The notes under the pieces were generated by a model that did no database searches, was not told the DNA's origin, and was given only the letters and a program-made list of their open reading frames with translations. A program made the translations under genes and the position numbers. A stretch of 64,000 nt of DNA from Octopus vulgaris (lineage: Eukaryota), in the NCBI GenBank assembly GCA_951406725.2, contig OX597823.1:62682001-62746000 (forward strand). The letters are read 5' to 3'. The first letter of the stretch is position 1. The number at the start of each line of letters is the position of its first letter. Positions 51,050 through 64,000 of this stretch are shown one piece after another.

Positions 51050-54000
51050 TTGCATGTCATTCATAAGGCCATTTATTAAAACACATTTCTTCAATCAGGA
51101 ACGACACAAATTAGGAGGCTGCTTATAGGAGAGACGTAGAGCCAATTAAACTGATTTTCGTACATTACTAAATACTTTAATGAACTCGAAAAGATAACTG
51201 AAAACTGAATATAAACGGGGCAGATCTAAATGCTGTTAGGCCTTAAATTTCTGTTCTAAAATAAAATATAAAAAAAAAGCTTAATTCGTATTCCATCAAG
51301 ATGTATGTTGGTATTCATATTTTCACAAACGTATTAAGTATGTAAACAGGCAGCATAGAGTTGACGAAAAAAAAAATTGCATAACTGTATGTGCGTCGGA
51401 AGAGACAATTAATGGTTGAATAGACTCCAGCTGAGGATCAAACAATGGAGTTAGTCTCGTACCATATAAGGGCAAACATGCTTTTGCGCGGTCGCGATAT
51501 AATGTTTTTTTTATAAAACTTTTTATATTGTATTTATTTACTTCATAAGTCTATGTTATAACAAAATATTCAAATTCATTGAAATATTAAAAAAAAATTA
51601 TTTCATATTATTTTCTAATACAACATCAGTTCCATTTTCATCAGCACTTTTCGTAGAGGCTATAAATGACTGGAGAGAAATTACAGGACAAATCGGATAT
51701 GAAACCAATTCAGTGTAAAATAAGAATGGCTAATTTGTTTTAAAATTTATAATAAAGTATATATAAATATTTTTTATTTTGTATAAAGAATAAAATAAAT
51801 TTAAGAAAAGATAAATGACTGAAAGGATTAAAAAATGAACGAAGCTAAAAGTGTATTTGGCTTTGCGTTTCGAGACTACTGTCGGTTCTCTCTATAGTGA
51901 CGTCACGAGTTCGGAAAGTGTAGGCTCGACTTATGCTGTGTGTAGCTTACGAAGTAATATCCAACCTTTTGAGGATAAGATTTATTTGTAGAAAGGGTAA
52001 TGCTTATTATAACCATTTTAATAGCATCATCATCAACACAACGAGATATATATATATACACCGAGACGATTTATTCAGATAATATATGTATATATCTATA
52101 TCACTAAATCTACACCCTGACATGGCGTATGTAGTATTAGTAATAATGTCTAATAGAGAGAGAGAGGGAGAGGAAGATACAAGCTAATGGAGTCGTCGCA
52201 GGGCAAATGTGGCGTTCAAACATCCTATTAAAACTACTAGTCTCAAGCCTGGCTGTTGTAGATGTAGATAAACCGGCATTCGATCTTGTCAACTCGTTTA
52301 GACCCCCCCAAACCAAGCACTGAAAGGAGTGAAACGCACAAAATGCCAAAAAATGTATCTACAATACATATGTGTATATATGTATCTTCGGCTTGATACT
52401 ATATACATATATATCTAACATGAAGCCAAAACTATCCAGATTAAATATTAGCCTTCGAATATATATATGTGTGTATGTATAAATGATAGTTATACACATA
52501 ACGCTGAGTGCTGCGCAACTTAGTCGATTATATATATATATGTGTGTGTATATAAATATATATATATATATATATATAACCCACTTTGTATATACATAGA
52601 ATACATATACTATTATTAATGGCAAACAGGCAATAATCGGGCGAGGCAAATGACTTGCATTCTTTGAGAATACACTATATATACATACATATATATATAT
52701 GTATGTATGTATGTATAGTGATATTAACATTTAGTTATATATAATATAAAGCGATATGTTTAAAACACCAGTGATCTGCGATTTTATATATATATATATA
52801 ATCAAAAACTACAGCGATGTACTTATCCTCACAATCATATATTTATATACACACGTGTGTGTATGTTACGTTAGTATATATATATAATGTATGTATATAC
52901 ATGTGTGCATATAATGTTTTTTAAATTTTTTTTTACGTGCTGCAATGTATATCCCACGCTGTAAATGAATTATACATACATGTAAATCTACACATTTTAG
53001 CTGAATATATATATATATATATATATAAATATATATATACACACACACACATATATATATATATACTCATATATATGATGTGTATGTATATATATATATA
53101 TGTATTTATATACATATACATAATTTACTATTTCTCTGTTTTATCGGATCATCTTAGGGAGGACCTGTCTGCCCTTGTCGCAGTAGTACTTCTGCCACAG
53201 CACTACACCATCACCACTTTTATACAATACATCAAACCAAGGTATGTTTTGAAGACCAGCTATTTTACTGTAGCCATATTGTACAGGATCCAATTTGGTT
53301 CCCTTCCTTTCCACCGCCCTCTCTTGCTCTTGCTCTTCTCTTGTGGTTTTTCTTCCTATCGATTTCTTATTTTCCGTTACTCTCTCTTTCTCTGTATTTC
53401 TCTATCTGCCTTTCTCTTTGGTACGCTGGCGGAGTAGTAGGAGGAACATATATAGATCAATATCGTCTTCGCCACCACTCCATAAATTCGTACATACATA
53501 TAAATATATACACCACCGAGAAAAATCTTCACGTATACATGTGTATATATATAAAGATATAGACATATACATGCAAGATTTTTCGTTTATATTTTCTTCA
53601 TTATACATCCATTACGAAGGCAACTCAGTTTCATGTATATATACACATGAACTCTACACTCATAAAAAAGAAATGTACATACTCGTTCTCTTTTTATACA
53701 GACACAACACGATTTTGCTATCTTACGTTGCTTAGGTAGCTTTAATCCGTTGCTGTTGGTGGTCAGTAAATAGCATTAACATCCTGCTTTAAACATTTCA
53801 TCATCATCGTCTCCGTTTTTCCCGACCTTTTTTTTTTTTTTCTACTCTTATATCGCTAACAATATCACTACCCTCATACGTAACCGAACCCCAAACATAG
53901 AAAGGACACCTTACTTTGCTTCCTGATTGTAACATCGTTTGCTTACTCTTCTACGTTTGTGTTTGCGGGTAGATGATGACGGGTAGTTTTACCTCATGTT

Positions 54001-56400
54001 ACACACACACACACGCATCTATTTGCATAATACATTTAATTGTATATACACCTTGGAGTATTTTTCGTGATTTTCTTGTCTAAGTAGACAGCCTTGTTGA
54101 CTACCCTTCATTGTGGGCACTGCTACTGCAGATTTGAAGGGTAATAAATCCCCGTCCAGGTGGAGTGGGTATTCTTTTTTATTTTGTGTTAAATTTATAT
54201 ATTTTTATCAAAATTGCCCTTACACCTGGACTTTTAAACGTCTTCGAGACAACTCGTTACGTTACATATATGTGTGTATGCAATTATCTGTCAATCATTT
54301 TGCCGTATTGTGTATTCGTGCATATACATTTATGGGTGTGTTAGGTTTTTGTGTATTGTTGATGTGCATATAGCCATTTTAGGGTGTCGGTAAACACATA
54401 AGGGTGTTTCCCTCAATTCACCTCTAATTAAGGGTACCACACACCAACAATGTAATTACACCGGAAACTAAAATTTTGCTGTATTTTTTTTTTTGTTATC
54501 GGTAGAAGTAATTATTTTTTCTAATTCTAATGACAAATTTGCTTAATTTTATGTGTAAACTACATAGAACAAAACACCATTACAATCAAATTAGAAATAA
54601 CAATTTGCAATCCGGATCTGCATATGTAGAGAGGCCATTATTAATATTTGTTAATCAACCGTAGTTTTTGTCTTTAAAAATCTCTCTCTCTCTCTCTTTT
54701 CCCTAAATCAGACGCTCGCGAGCATCTATACATACATGTCTATATATTTACACATTGTCCGCACCCTCACATCTTGTCCTGGGAAGTTTACTTGACGGAT
54801 CTTCCTCACGGTGCCCTCTTTCTCGTAGAGAAACTTGTAATTGTTATCAATAACTTATACTGTTTCCTTTCTCTCCCCCACACTTCCAGCACCACCACCA
54901 CCATACAAGAACTTTAAAGCCCGTATTTGATTTTCATCCTTTAACAGTATCTGATGATACTGTTAAAGTTTTTCTTTGTTTCTCACGTATGTAATTATTG
55001 TGTTGTTGACAGTAAGTTTTTTTCTTTTTTTTAATCAAAGGAGAAATAATTAAGAAAAAAAAAAAAAGAAGCCTCACAAACTTACGATTACTCAATTTTC
55101 TGTTATCTACCCCGTGGTGGTTATTTAACCTTATTTTTGTGACGAAATCACACCAAATTCGACTGGTAAAGAATTTACATACGGCACCGTAGAACGAACA
55201 CCGGTCGGTTTAGTTACATTGTTATTTTGTTAAGAAGTACATATACATATGTATAATTCTACTTTTCGTTAGTCGTGATCATGAGAGTGCTTCTATTAGA
55301 CGAACTACAATGTACTTGTGAGCTTTGTGTGTGTATGTGCATTGGTACCTTACAAACGTGTGGTACTATATATATATATGAATTTATAGAATCTCCCTTA
55401 CCCCATATAGATATAATTATGTAACGAGAAATTAATAATACAAGCGACATTTAACATACAGATAACGTGTTTCTATTATATATTTGTGTTTGTTAAAATA
55501 TTGTTCTATGTATGCAGAGAAACACGTGATATTAAAAATTAATCAAGCAATTGTTTATCTATAATTGAAATTGTGTTTAGTTGCATTTTAAAAATGGATA
55601 TACACGCTCGTTCGTGTATATACACACACATGCGTAGTGTTTTTAATTCCCACGTGTGTATAATAAAACGAATGTATGTAAAGCAAACTTCTTAATCAAT
55701 CGTCCATTCCGTTGCATGTTTTTGAATTTAAAATTAAAACCATTTCTTATCTCTATACAGTTTTTTTTTTCCTTATTAAAACGCTTCGTAATTGACGAAT
55801 CTTCCTTATATATATTTTTGTAGGTAATATAGAGAAGAAAGAAGATTGCCTTAATTCTATAATAAATTCACGTGTGTTGGTTTCCTCGTTCCCCCTTGAC
55901 ACTGCCTCGGCTTGAAAGTAAGTATTTCATATAAGGGTTTATCATTTTGATAAACATACATTTTTTGCTATTGTTTTTTTTTTTTCCCCGTCAAAGTCAC
56001 GTAGGTGTAATCGGTCTTCTGAGAAAGCTATTATTTTCTGAACTAGGTACTTAATCGGAACATCAAGCATCTCAGTTACTATGAGAAGGGGATGTTTCCC
56101 ATATATATTTTAGTTGTTATTAATTTCGTGTGTTATTTTCTCATGTTGGGCACACTGTTTTTGAGTATCCGTTTTTACCACTTCATCACGCCATACTACA
56201 TTACTTAACACCTATTATACAATACATAAGGTGTGTTACTATCGTCATTTCCTGCATTGCTTGCAGATTTAATCTAAACGTTCCTTGTGTGCCTTATAAT
56301 GGTTAGCATCCCCCGTTTGTATATCTGTGATATACCTCTGCACCACCACCACTCTAGACGCTACTCTTTAATCATTATGTGTATACACACACACATACAT
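51050..56400. promoter_or_regulatory. Second CpG-retaining, TE-poor island; probable promoter/5' region of a plus-strand gene
   Basis: High CpG and no recognised SINE/LINE over ~5 kb. Palindromic CRE GTGACGTCAC at 51897-51906. Plus-strand donors AAG|gtatgt (53242) and AAA|gtaagt (55918). Confidence 0.5.
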
Positions 56401-56403
56401 AGA

Positions 56404-56617
56404 CGAGGGGGTGCTGAAAAGTCCCTTGCTTTAAGGGTGTCACGAAAAGCTTGGTTGGAGGTTCAACCTTTCGAGTTCTTCTACAGGGCTTAGAAAAACT
56501 GAAAGATCGCTGCAATGAGTGTGTGAATCTGAGAGGAAAACGTGTTGAATAAAATCATAATTAACTGATCCTGTATTTTCTTTTACTCAAAGCCAGGACC
56601 TTTTTAGCACCCCTTCG
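56404..56617 (+). mobile_element. mariner-derived MITE
   Basis: TIRs CGAGGGGGTGCTGAAAAG / CTTTTTAGCACCCCTTCG; internal mariner C-terminus LEKLKDRCNECVNLRGKRVE*. Confidence 0.85.
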
Positions 56618-56914
56618 TACATTACACATGCACATATCTACGCACACGATGAATAACTAACTTATTTTTACACTATTCTATAAACTTCTATATTATTCTT
56701 CAGGTAAAAGCAAAGTATATTAGCCATTTGCTGTCTAGATATCATCTTAATAAATTTTGTTCGGGTTACTGCAAGTACCAACAGGAGATGCATTACTTCG
56801 TAAACTAACGAAGCATCTACTCCTTTCTCTCTACATAGAATGGGTTAACCACTAGTTGTTTAAACATTGACCCATTTATGTTTGCAGCAATGTTTATATT
56901 CACAATGCTTGTAT

Positions 56915-58665
56915 TAGACTCACTCCCAAAAGGGGCAACAATTTTAACATGTTTGAATGATAGATTAAAACGAGAACAACTGATGTGATATGTCTGTTAA
57001 CAAACGCTCATTGAGACCTTCTTTTCAGGTGCTGAATACCATCTCTCCTTCCTATCTTCCCTCCCACACCCCTTTCCCAGTTCTCAGTGTTGGCACTGTC
57101 AATGTATGCACTTTGAAAGGTAGGTCTGGTGAGATAGAGATTCTTGACTGGAGGTGTGTTGATGCATATTGCATTCAAGAGGTAAGATAAAGGGGAGCTT
57201 CAGCCAGGTTCCTCACAGGCAAGACACATAAGTATAAAATCTTCTGGGAAGGTAACAGTGACAAGGTAGGTGGTGTGGGTATACTTCTTGCAGAGAAATA
57301 GGTGGATAAGGTCATAGAGGTAGTCAGGGTGTATGATAGAGTACTTAAGCTCAGGCTAGTTTTTCAGAATAGTACAGCGACAATTATCTCTGCCTATGCA
57401 CCCCCCCTCCAAGCAGGTCTACCGAATGAACAAAAGAACTGCTTTTATGATACTCTTCTGCAGGCTACCTCAAAGACAAATGATGATAATCTTTGTGACT
57501 AAGGATTTCAGTGGGTATGTTGGGAAGTAGCCTGTTATCTTCCATGGTGTACATGAGGGCCATGGAATTGGTTCCCCAAATGAAGAGGGACAAGACTAAT
57601 GGAATTTTTTTATGTGAATAACCTGATGATCTGCAACAACAGCTTCAGGAAGCCAGCCAGTCACCCACCTGATAACCTACCAATCAGGTGACCACACTGA
57701 TTTCATTTTCACCAAACAGTGAGATACATGAAGAATGTACCCCTCAGTATAGACTAGCCAGAAGGGTGCCAAAAATCTGGAAAAGAAGGATTTGGAAGCT
57801 TAAAGACCCTTTATATGATCAGAGATTTAGGGACACCCTAATTGAGAAATTTGATGAGAGGAGGAACTAGACTTGTAACATAGAGGCAACTGGGAATTCC
57901 TGCAGGACAGCTTGCTAAGAGCCACAAATCAAATATGTGGCTGGTACAAAGTCCCATCTAGACCTAGGGTGATGTGGTGGAACGATGTTGTAGACGGAAG
58001 GACTGGTAATGTGGGGATAGCAGGGAACTATATCATATAACCAGAAGGGAAGCTAGGAGATTGTTATATCTAGCCAGGAAAGAAGCAGAAAAGAAGTTTG
58101 CTATGTTCTGTGACGTGAGGACCAGAGACTTGAAGTGTTTCAGATCACAAGACTGTGAAAGAAAATTGTGATGTCATAGGAGAGAAATGTGTCTGCATGG
58201 ATGATGGTACACTTGCATTTAATGATTCTGCAAAGAAAGAGACTTGGAAATGCCATTATGAAAGATTACTAAACATGGAAAATGAATGGGAGCAGGAGAG
58301 TCTGCCAAATATTGGCCAGCTATTTAAATCAACAGTAGCTTAGTAGATAAAGCAATTAAGGACATGAAGACAGGGAAATCCCCGGCCCATGAGGAATCAT
58401 AGCTGAGATGTTTGAAGTATCTGGTGGAGTAGGATATAGCCTAGTCACCTGTATCAGGTTGTCCATGAGGGAATCATACCCAATGATTGGTGTAGCAGCA
58501 TTATAGTCAAATGCCACATAGGCAAAGGTGATGCCTTAGGAGTAATTACAGAGGCATCAGATTGCTGGACCAGGTGATGGAAGTCACAGAAAGGGTCATA
58601 AGTTTGTTAATTAGGAAGAGAGCATAGATGAGATGCAGTTCAGATTTGTGCCAGACAGGAGCAAC
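56915..58665 (+). mobile_element. RTE LINE 5' two-thirds (5'UTR, AP endonuclease, start of RT)
   Basis: VGTVNVCTLKGRS, CIQEVR, ISAYAP and MQFRFVP; truncated where the mariner fragment begins. Confidence 0.9.
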
Positions 58666-58667
58666 AG

Positions 58668-59266
<599 letters not shown>

Positions 59267-60597
59267 GTCCAACCTACGTTAGCTTGGAAAACGGATGTTA
59301 AATGGTTGTGATACACACACACATGGTAACGTAAGTATATTTTAGGATTTTTCTATATTAGAATGTTAATTTTGACAGAGATAGTCTCCCAGCTGGAACA
59401 TTACTGGAGCATCATCACTATGTTTCTACACCAGCATGTGGTTGGACTGGTCATCATGGTTACTACTCTCCTTCACTTGTCCAGATGACTGTGCTTTGCT
59501 CATACATTTCACTAATGAGTTGATGTCTGGTTAGATGCCCTTCCTGGCCCCATCATAAGGATGTGTGAGTGAAAGGTGTAGGTGTATGATGTTAGTGTTG
59601 AGGGTATGGGAGAGGAGAGGAGTGAGTGAATGTCGATCAAGATGGGAAAGATATTTGAACTGTTTGTATGAATGGTAGGTAGGTTTGACCACAATAGGAT
59701 AGACCACCAAAATGTGTGTGACATTCTAGTTGATAACCCTATTGTATACAGTAACCTCTTATTTGTTTCCTAACATGCTGTCAGGTAGATGTGTCCAGCT
59801 GGTGTCTCTCTGTCCAGAGTATTTCATACTACCATGAGTAGGTGTGAACTTTGCCCGTTTAGACAATATTTTATGTTTCTGCTGGATTATTAACAGATTG
59901 AACATATGCCTTACAGTTGCTTTTGTTTGGTAACATAAATGTTATTCTGGTGTATGCTTTAAAATTTATGGAATTCCTAAGGCATTGGCATAGCTGTATA
60001 GTTATGAACTTCATTTTATGACCATGTAGTTTTGGCTTCAATTTCACTGTGGCATTTTGGGCGTCTCCTACTGTAGCTTTGGGCCAACCATAATGGAATT
60101 TGATGTTGATAGAGAAAGAGACTGCAGAAAACCCATTGTGTGTGAGTGTTTCAGTATACATACTCCACACTTGCCACTGCTTGAGTGAAATAGTGGTGCT
60201 GAGGTTAACATTCCTTGTTGATATGACTATTTCCTGAACAATAGGTAGGTGTTGGTGACAGGAAAAGCATCCTGGTATAAGATCTTGCCTTAAATAATTC
60301 CCCATCCATGCTCACAATAGAATGGAAATGAAGTTAAACAAGGCATTCTTTATCAGTATAGTGGCTAAAAACAACCTGCTTTACACTGAAGCAATTCGGA
60401 AAGTCTGATTTTCATCATCATCATCATTTAACATCTGTTTTCCATGCTGGTATGGGTTGGATGGTTTGACCAGAGCTGGAGAGCTGCACTGGGTACCAGT
60501 CTAATTTGGCTTGGTTTCTACAGCTGGATGCCCTTCCTAACTCCAACCACTTTACAATGTATGCCAGGTACTTTTAATGTGGTACTGGCACTCTTGT

Positions 60598-60966
60598 CTA
60601 CTCTTTTACTTGTTTCAGTCATTTGACTGTGGCCATTCTGGAGCACCACCTTAAAGGGTTCTTTTAGTCAAGCAAATCGACCCCAGAACTTATTTTTTGT
60701 AAGCTTAGTATTCTATCAGTCTCTTTTAGTGAACCACTAAGTTATTGGGACATAAACACACCAGCATCATTTGTCAAGTGATGGTGAGGTGGGGTGGTGT
60801 GACAAAAACACTGATACATACACACATACACAATACACAACAGGCTTCTTTCCGTTTCCGTCTACCAAATCCACCCACAAGGTTTTGGTTAGTCTGAAGC
60901 TATTGTCAAAGACACTTGCCCAAGGTGCCACACAGTAGGACTGAACCTGGAACCATGTGGTTGGGA
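60598..60966 (-). mobile_element. SINE family A
   Basis: Reverse-complement match to 6496-6905. Confidence 0.85.
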
Positions 60967-62115
60967 ATGTTTTGCTTTGATTCTAATTTCTGTTATTTTT
61001 TCTCGCTCTTCACCTCCCACCTTTTGAAATTCTTTTAACCAAGAGAGATTCTCTAGCTATTTTACTTTTTCATATGTTGCTATATATGTGTGTGTGTGTG
61101 TTGCTGTATTTTTCTCAAGTCTGCATTCAGAAATATATTGGACTTTTCTTTGTATTGTTTCCTTAATTCTTAAGAAGCAAGGCAGAATGTTATTGAGTTC
61201 CCAAATTGTGAACAAGTGCAATGTGTCTATTGATACTGTATGAAGAGGGAGCTTCTGTGTAGTAGCTTGATCTACTAGAAATAGCTGTCAGTTCTCCCTC
61301 AAATCACACCGATCTTAGAAAGAAGGGACACATTGGAGATCATAGTCCTTGATTTCTAGGTAAAAGACTGTATAGTAATAACCAGTTTTCTTTTTGTTTT
61401 TGATCATAGGTCTGCTGAATCAGGATTGACTTTATGCTAATATAATTACTATGTCTGCTATTGAACAGCTGTGAGATCTCAGCCATTCATAAATTGCTGC
61501 AGGGTTTACTTCTGCAGCAGCAGCCTGCCATACAAATGAACAATGTACAGCCTGGTGGACATTCAAGAAAATTAAGTAGTATGTGTGTCAGAGTTGACAT
61601 AACTGTAGTATTAGTAGTAATAGTAGTAGTAGTAGTCTTAATCAGACCAAAGGTTGGAAGGAAATGGTTGTGTGACAATAGTCTACTACTACTACTGCTA
61701 TATATATGATTTGGTAACCTGTACCATGCTTTTTGCTAATTTTATTTTGAGTGCCTATGAAGTCATGAGCAGATATCGACATCTTAGCTCTTGCATCCTT
61801 GACTAAGAGGAACATTCAGGAGGTGGTTGTTGGAGGGAGGGAGGTTTGCACCTACACTCAAATAGTACTCATTTTCAGCTGAGTAAACTAAAGCAATGTG
61901 AAGAAGTGCTCACCAATGTAATGATGTGCTGTTTGATCCAGAAATTGAATTTGTGATCTTCTGATCATGACTTTAACACCCAAATCACTGGCTCATGCAC
62001 CATCACACATATTTCTATGTCTATATATGGATATGCACAGGCATATGGTTGTATGGTTAAGAATGATTGGATGTGTTTGATGAAAACTGTAAAAAGCCTC
62101 TTGTGTGTATTTGCG

Positions 62116-62162
<47 letters not shown>

Positions 62163-62163
<1 letters not shown>

Positions 62164-62384
62164 CTTTTATTTATTTCAGTCATTTGACTGTGGTCATGCT
62201 GGAGTACCACCTTCAGTTGAACAAATCGACCCTAGACTTCTTCTTTGTAAACCTAGTGCTTATTCTATTGGTCTCTTTTGCCAAACTGCTGACAGGGACT
62301 TAAACACACCAACATCAGTTGTCAAGTGATGGTGGGGGGCAAACAGACACACACATACATGCGAGTGGATTTGGTGTGTGTATG

Positions 62385-62419
<35 letters not shown>

Positions 62420-62578
62420 CAGGCTTCTTCCAGTTTCCATCTACCAAATCCATTCACAAGGTTTGCTTTTGGTCGGCCCGAAGCTATAATAGAAGAAACT
62501 TACCCAAGGTGCCATCCAGTGGGACTGAACCTGGAACCATGTAGCTGGGAAGCAAGCTTCTTACCACATGGCCATGCC
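62163..62578 (-). mobile_element. SINE family A
   Basis: Reverse-complement match to 6496-6905. Confidence 0.85.
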
Positions 62579-63101
62579 TACACACACACACACACACATG
62601 TAGTATTGAGACATCTGGTGGTTTGCTGTGCTTGAAAAGACAAGCCAAACTTTGTAAAAACATTGTTGCCCTTGCATACAGGCTTGTCCCTTGTAACCCT
62701 CTTTAGCTGAGCATCCCTAATCTGGGCTCATAAGTGTTGGTGCCGTGTTGTGTAAAAGTACTCTGTACACTCTGTAAAGTGGTTGGCATTAGGAAAAGCA
62801 TCTAGCTGTAAAAACCATGCCAAAACAGACATGGAGCCTGAACAGCCCTTCAGCTGGTCAGCTTTTGTCAAACTGTCCAACCATGCCAGCATGGAAACCA
62901 GACATAAAATGATGTGTGTGTGTCTGTTGTTTGTCCCCACCACTGCTTGACAACCAGTGTTGATTTGTTTGGCAAACGAGATTGATAGAATAAGTGCCAA
63001 GCTTTAAAAAAATAAGTACTAATGTTGATTTATTTGACTAAATCCTTCAAGGTGGTACCTTAATGACTGAAATAGTTAAAAGATATATATATATATTTAT
63101 A

Positions 63102-63486
63102 GGCACAGGAGTGGCTGTGTGGTAAGTAGCTTGATTACTAACCACATGGTTCCAGGTCCAGTCCCACTGTGTGGTATCTTGGGCAAGTGACTTCTGCTAT
63201 AGCCTCGGGCCAACCAAAGCCTTGTGAGTGGATTTGGTTGATAGAAACTGGAACAGACCTGTCGTATATATGTGTGTGTGTTTGTGTTTGTCCCCCCCCC
63301 CCCATTGCTTGACAACTGATGCTGGTGTGTTTATGTCCACGTAACTTAGCGCTTCTGCAAAAGAGACCAATAGAAAAAAAGTACTAGGCTTACAAAAAAT
63401 AAGTCTTGGGGTTGATTTGCTTGACTAAAGTCATTTCTCCAGCATGGCTGCAGTCAAAGGACTGAAACGAGAAAAATAATAAAAGA
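63102..63486 (+). mobile_element. SINE family A, followed by a diverged SINE at ~63500-63880
   Basis: Match to 6496-6905. Confidence 0.85.
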
Positions 63487-64000
63487 ATATGTTATTGCAG
63501 GCAGGCTGTGTGTTAAGAAGTTTGCTTCCCAACCACATGGTTTTGGGGTCAGTCTTACTGCGTGGCACCTTGAGCAAATGTCGTTATTGCCCCAGGTCAA
63601 CTATAGGTTTGCAAGTAGATTTGCTATACAGAAACTGAAAGACACTCTTTATATATATATGTGTGTGTTTGTGTCCTCTTGTTTTGACATTGTATGATTT
63701 GTAAATGAATGTCATTCATATTCATGATCCTGTGAAACCATATCTGGGCATAGGAAAATATTATCTTGCTTGGAAACTTGTAAGGGCATCATAGCTGTTG
63801 CAGGAAGGGCATCTGGCTATTGCAAAATCTGCTTCAATAAATCTATGTCTGACCTATGCAAGCATGGAAGAGTGGACATATATTTTGTACAACTGTGTGT
63901 ATATGTCAGGATATCCTATAATTAATTTTTTCTTCTTGGTAAATTTAAATGTTTATGTAATCTGTTGCTGATTTAACACCATCATATTACCACTACAACT

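Noticed and set aside
61461-61709. Gln-rich ORF as a coding exon of the plus-strand gene
   Set aside because: Weak acceptor, no convincing donor, runs into (GTA)n and has no recognisable motif.

Overview
AT-rich, microsatellite-dense eukaryotic DNA. The SINE/RTE repertoire and the HTGEKPYHCDICGK-type zinc-finger remnant point to an octopus (coleoid cephalopod); that is inferred from recognising repeat families, not from a database search. Most of the window is nested, decayed transposons: RTE LINEs and their short 3'-tail derivatives, tRNA-derived SINEs, Penelope-like elements, Gypsy gag/protease remnants, a HERO-type RLE LINE end, Tc1/mariner, hAT, piggyBac-like and Helitron-like elements. 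One real gene can be built on the minus strand from three phase-compatible GT-AG coding exons (9478-8662, 8194-7907, 6357-6301). It encodes an acidic N-terminus, an AT-hook and a basic RRSGR motif, and I found no further exon before the left edge. Its likely non-coding first exon lies in a CpG-retaining island near 30.9 kb. A second CpG-retaining island (about 51-56.4 kb) probably holds the 5' end of a plus-strand gene. Best second-look items: a hammerhead-ribozyme motif with a long extended stem II in a Penelope-like 3' end (10.3 kb), a dead C2H2 array, a decayed multi-exon gene at 41.4-43.1 kb, a duplicated ~800-bp coding-like segment of unknown family, and long fold-backs. I found no CRISPR array, prokaryotic system or intact transposon ORF. 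Most ORFs in the six-frame track are microsatellite or repeat artefacts. Repeat boundaries without stated TIR/TSD evidence are approximate.
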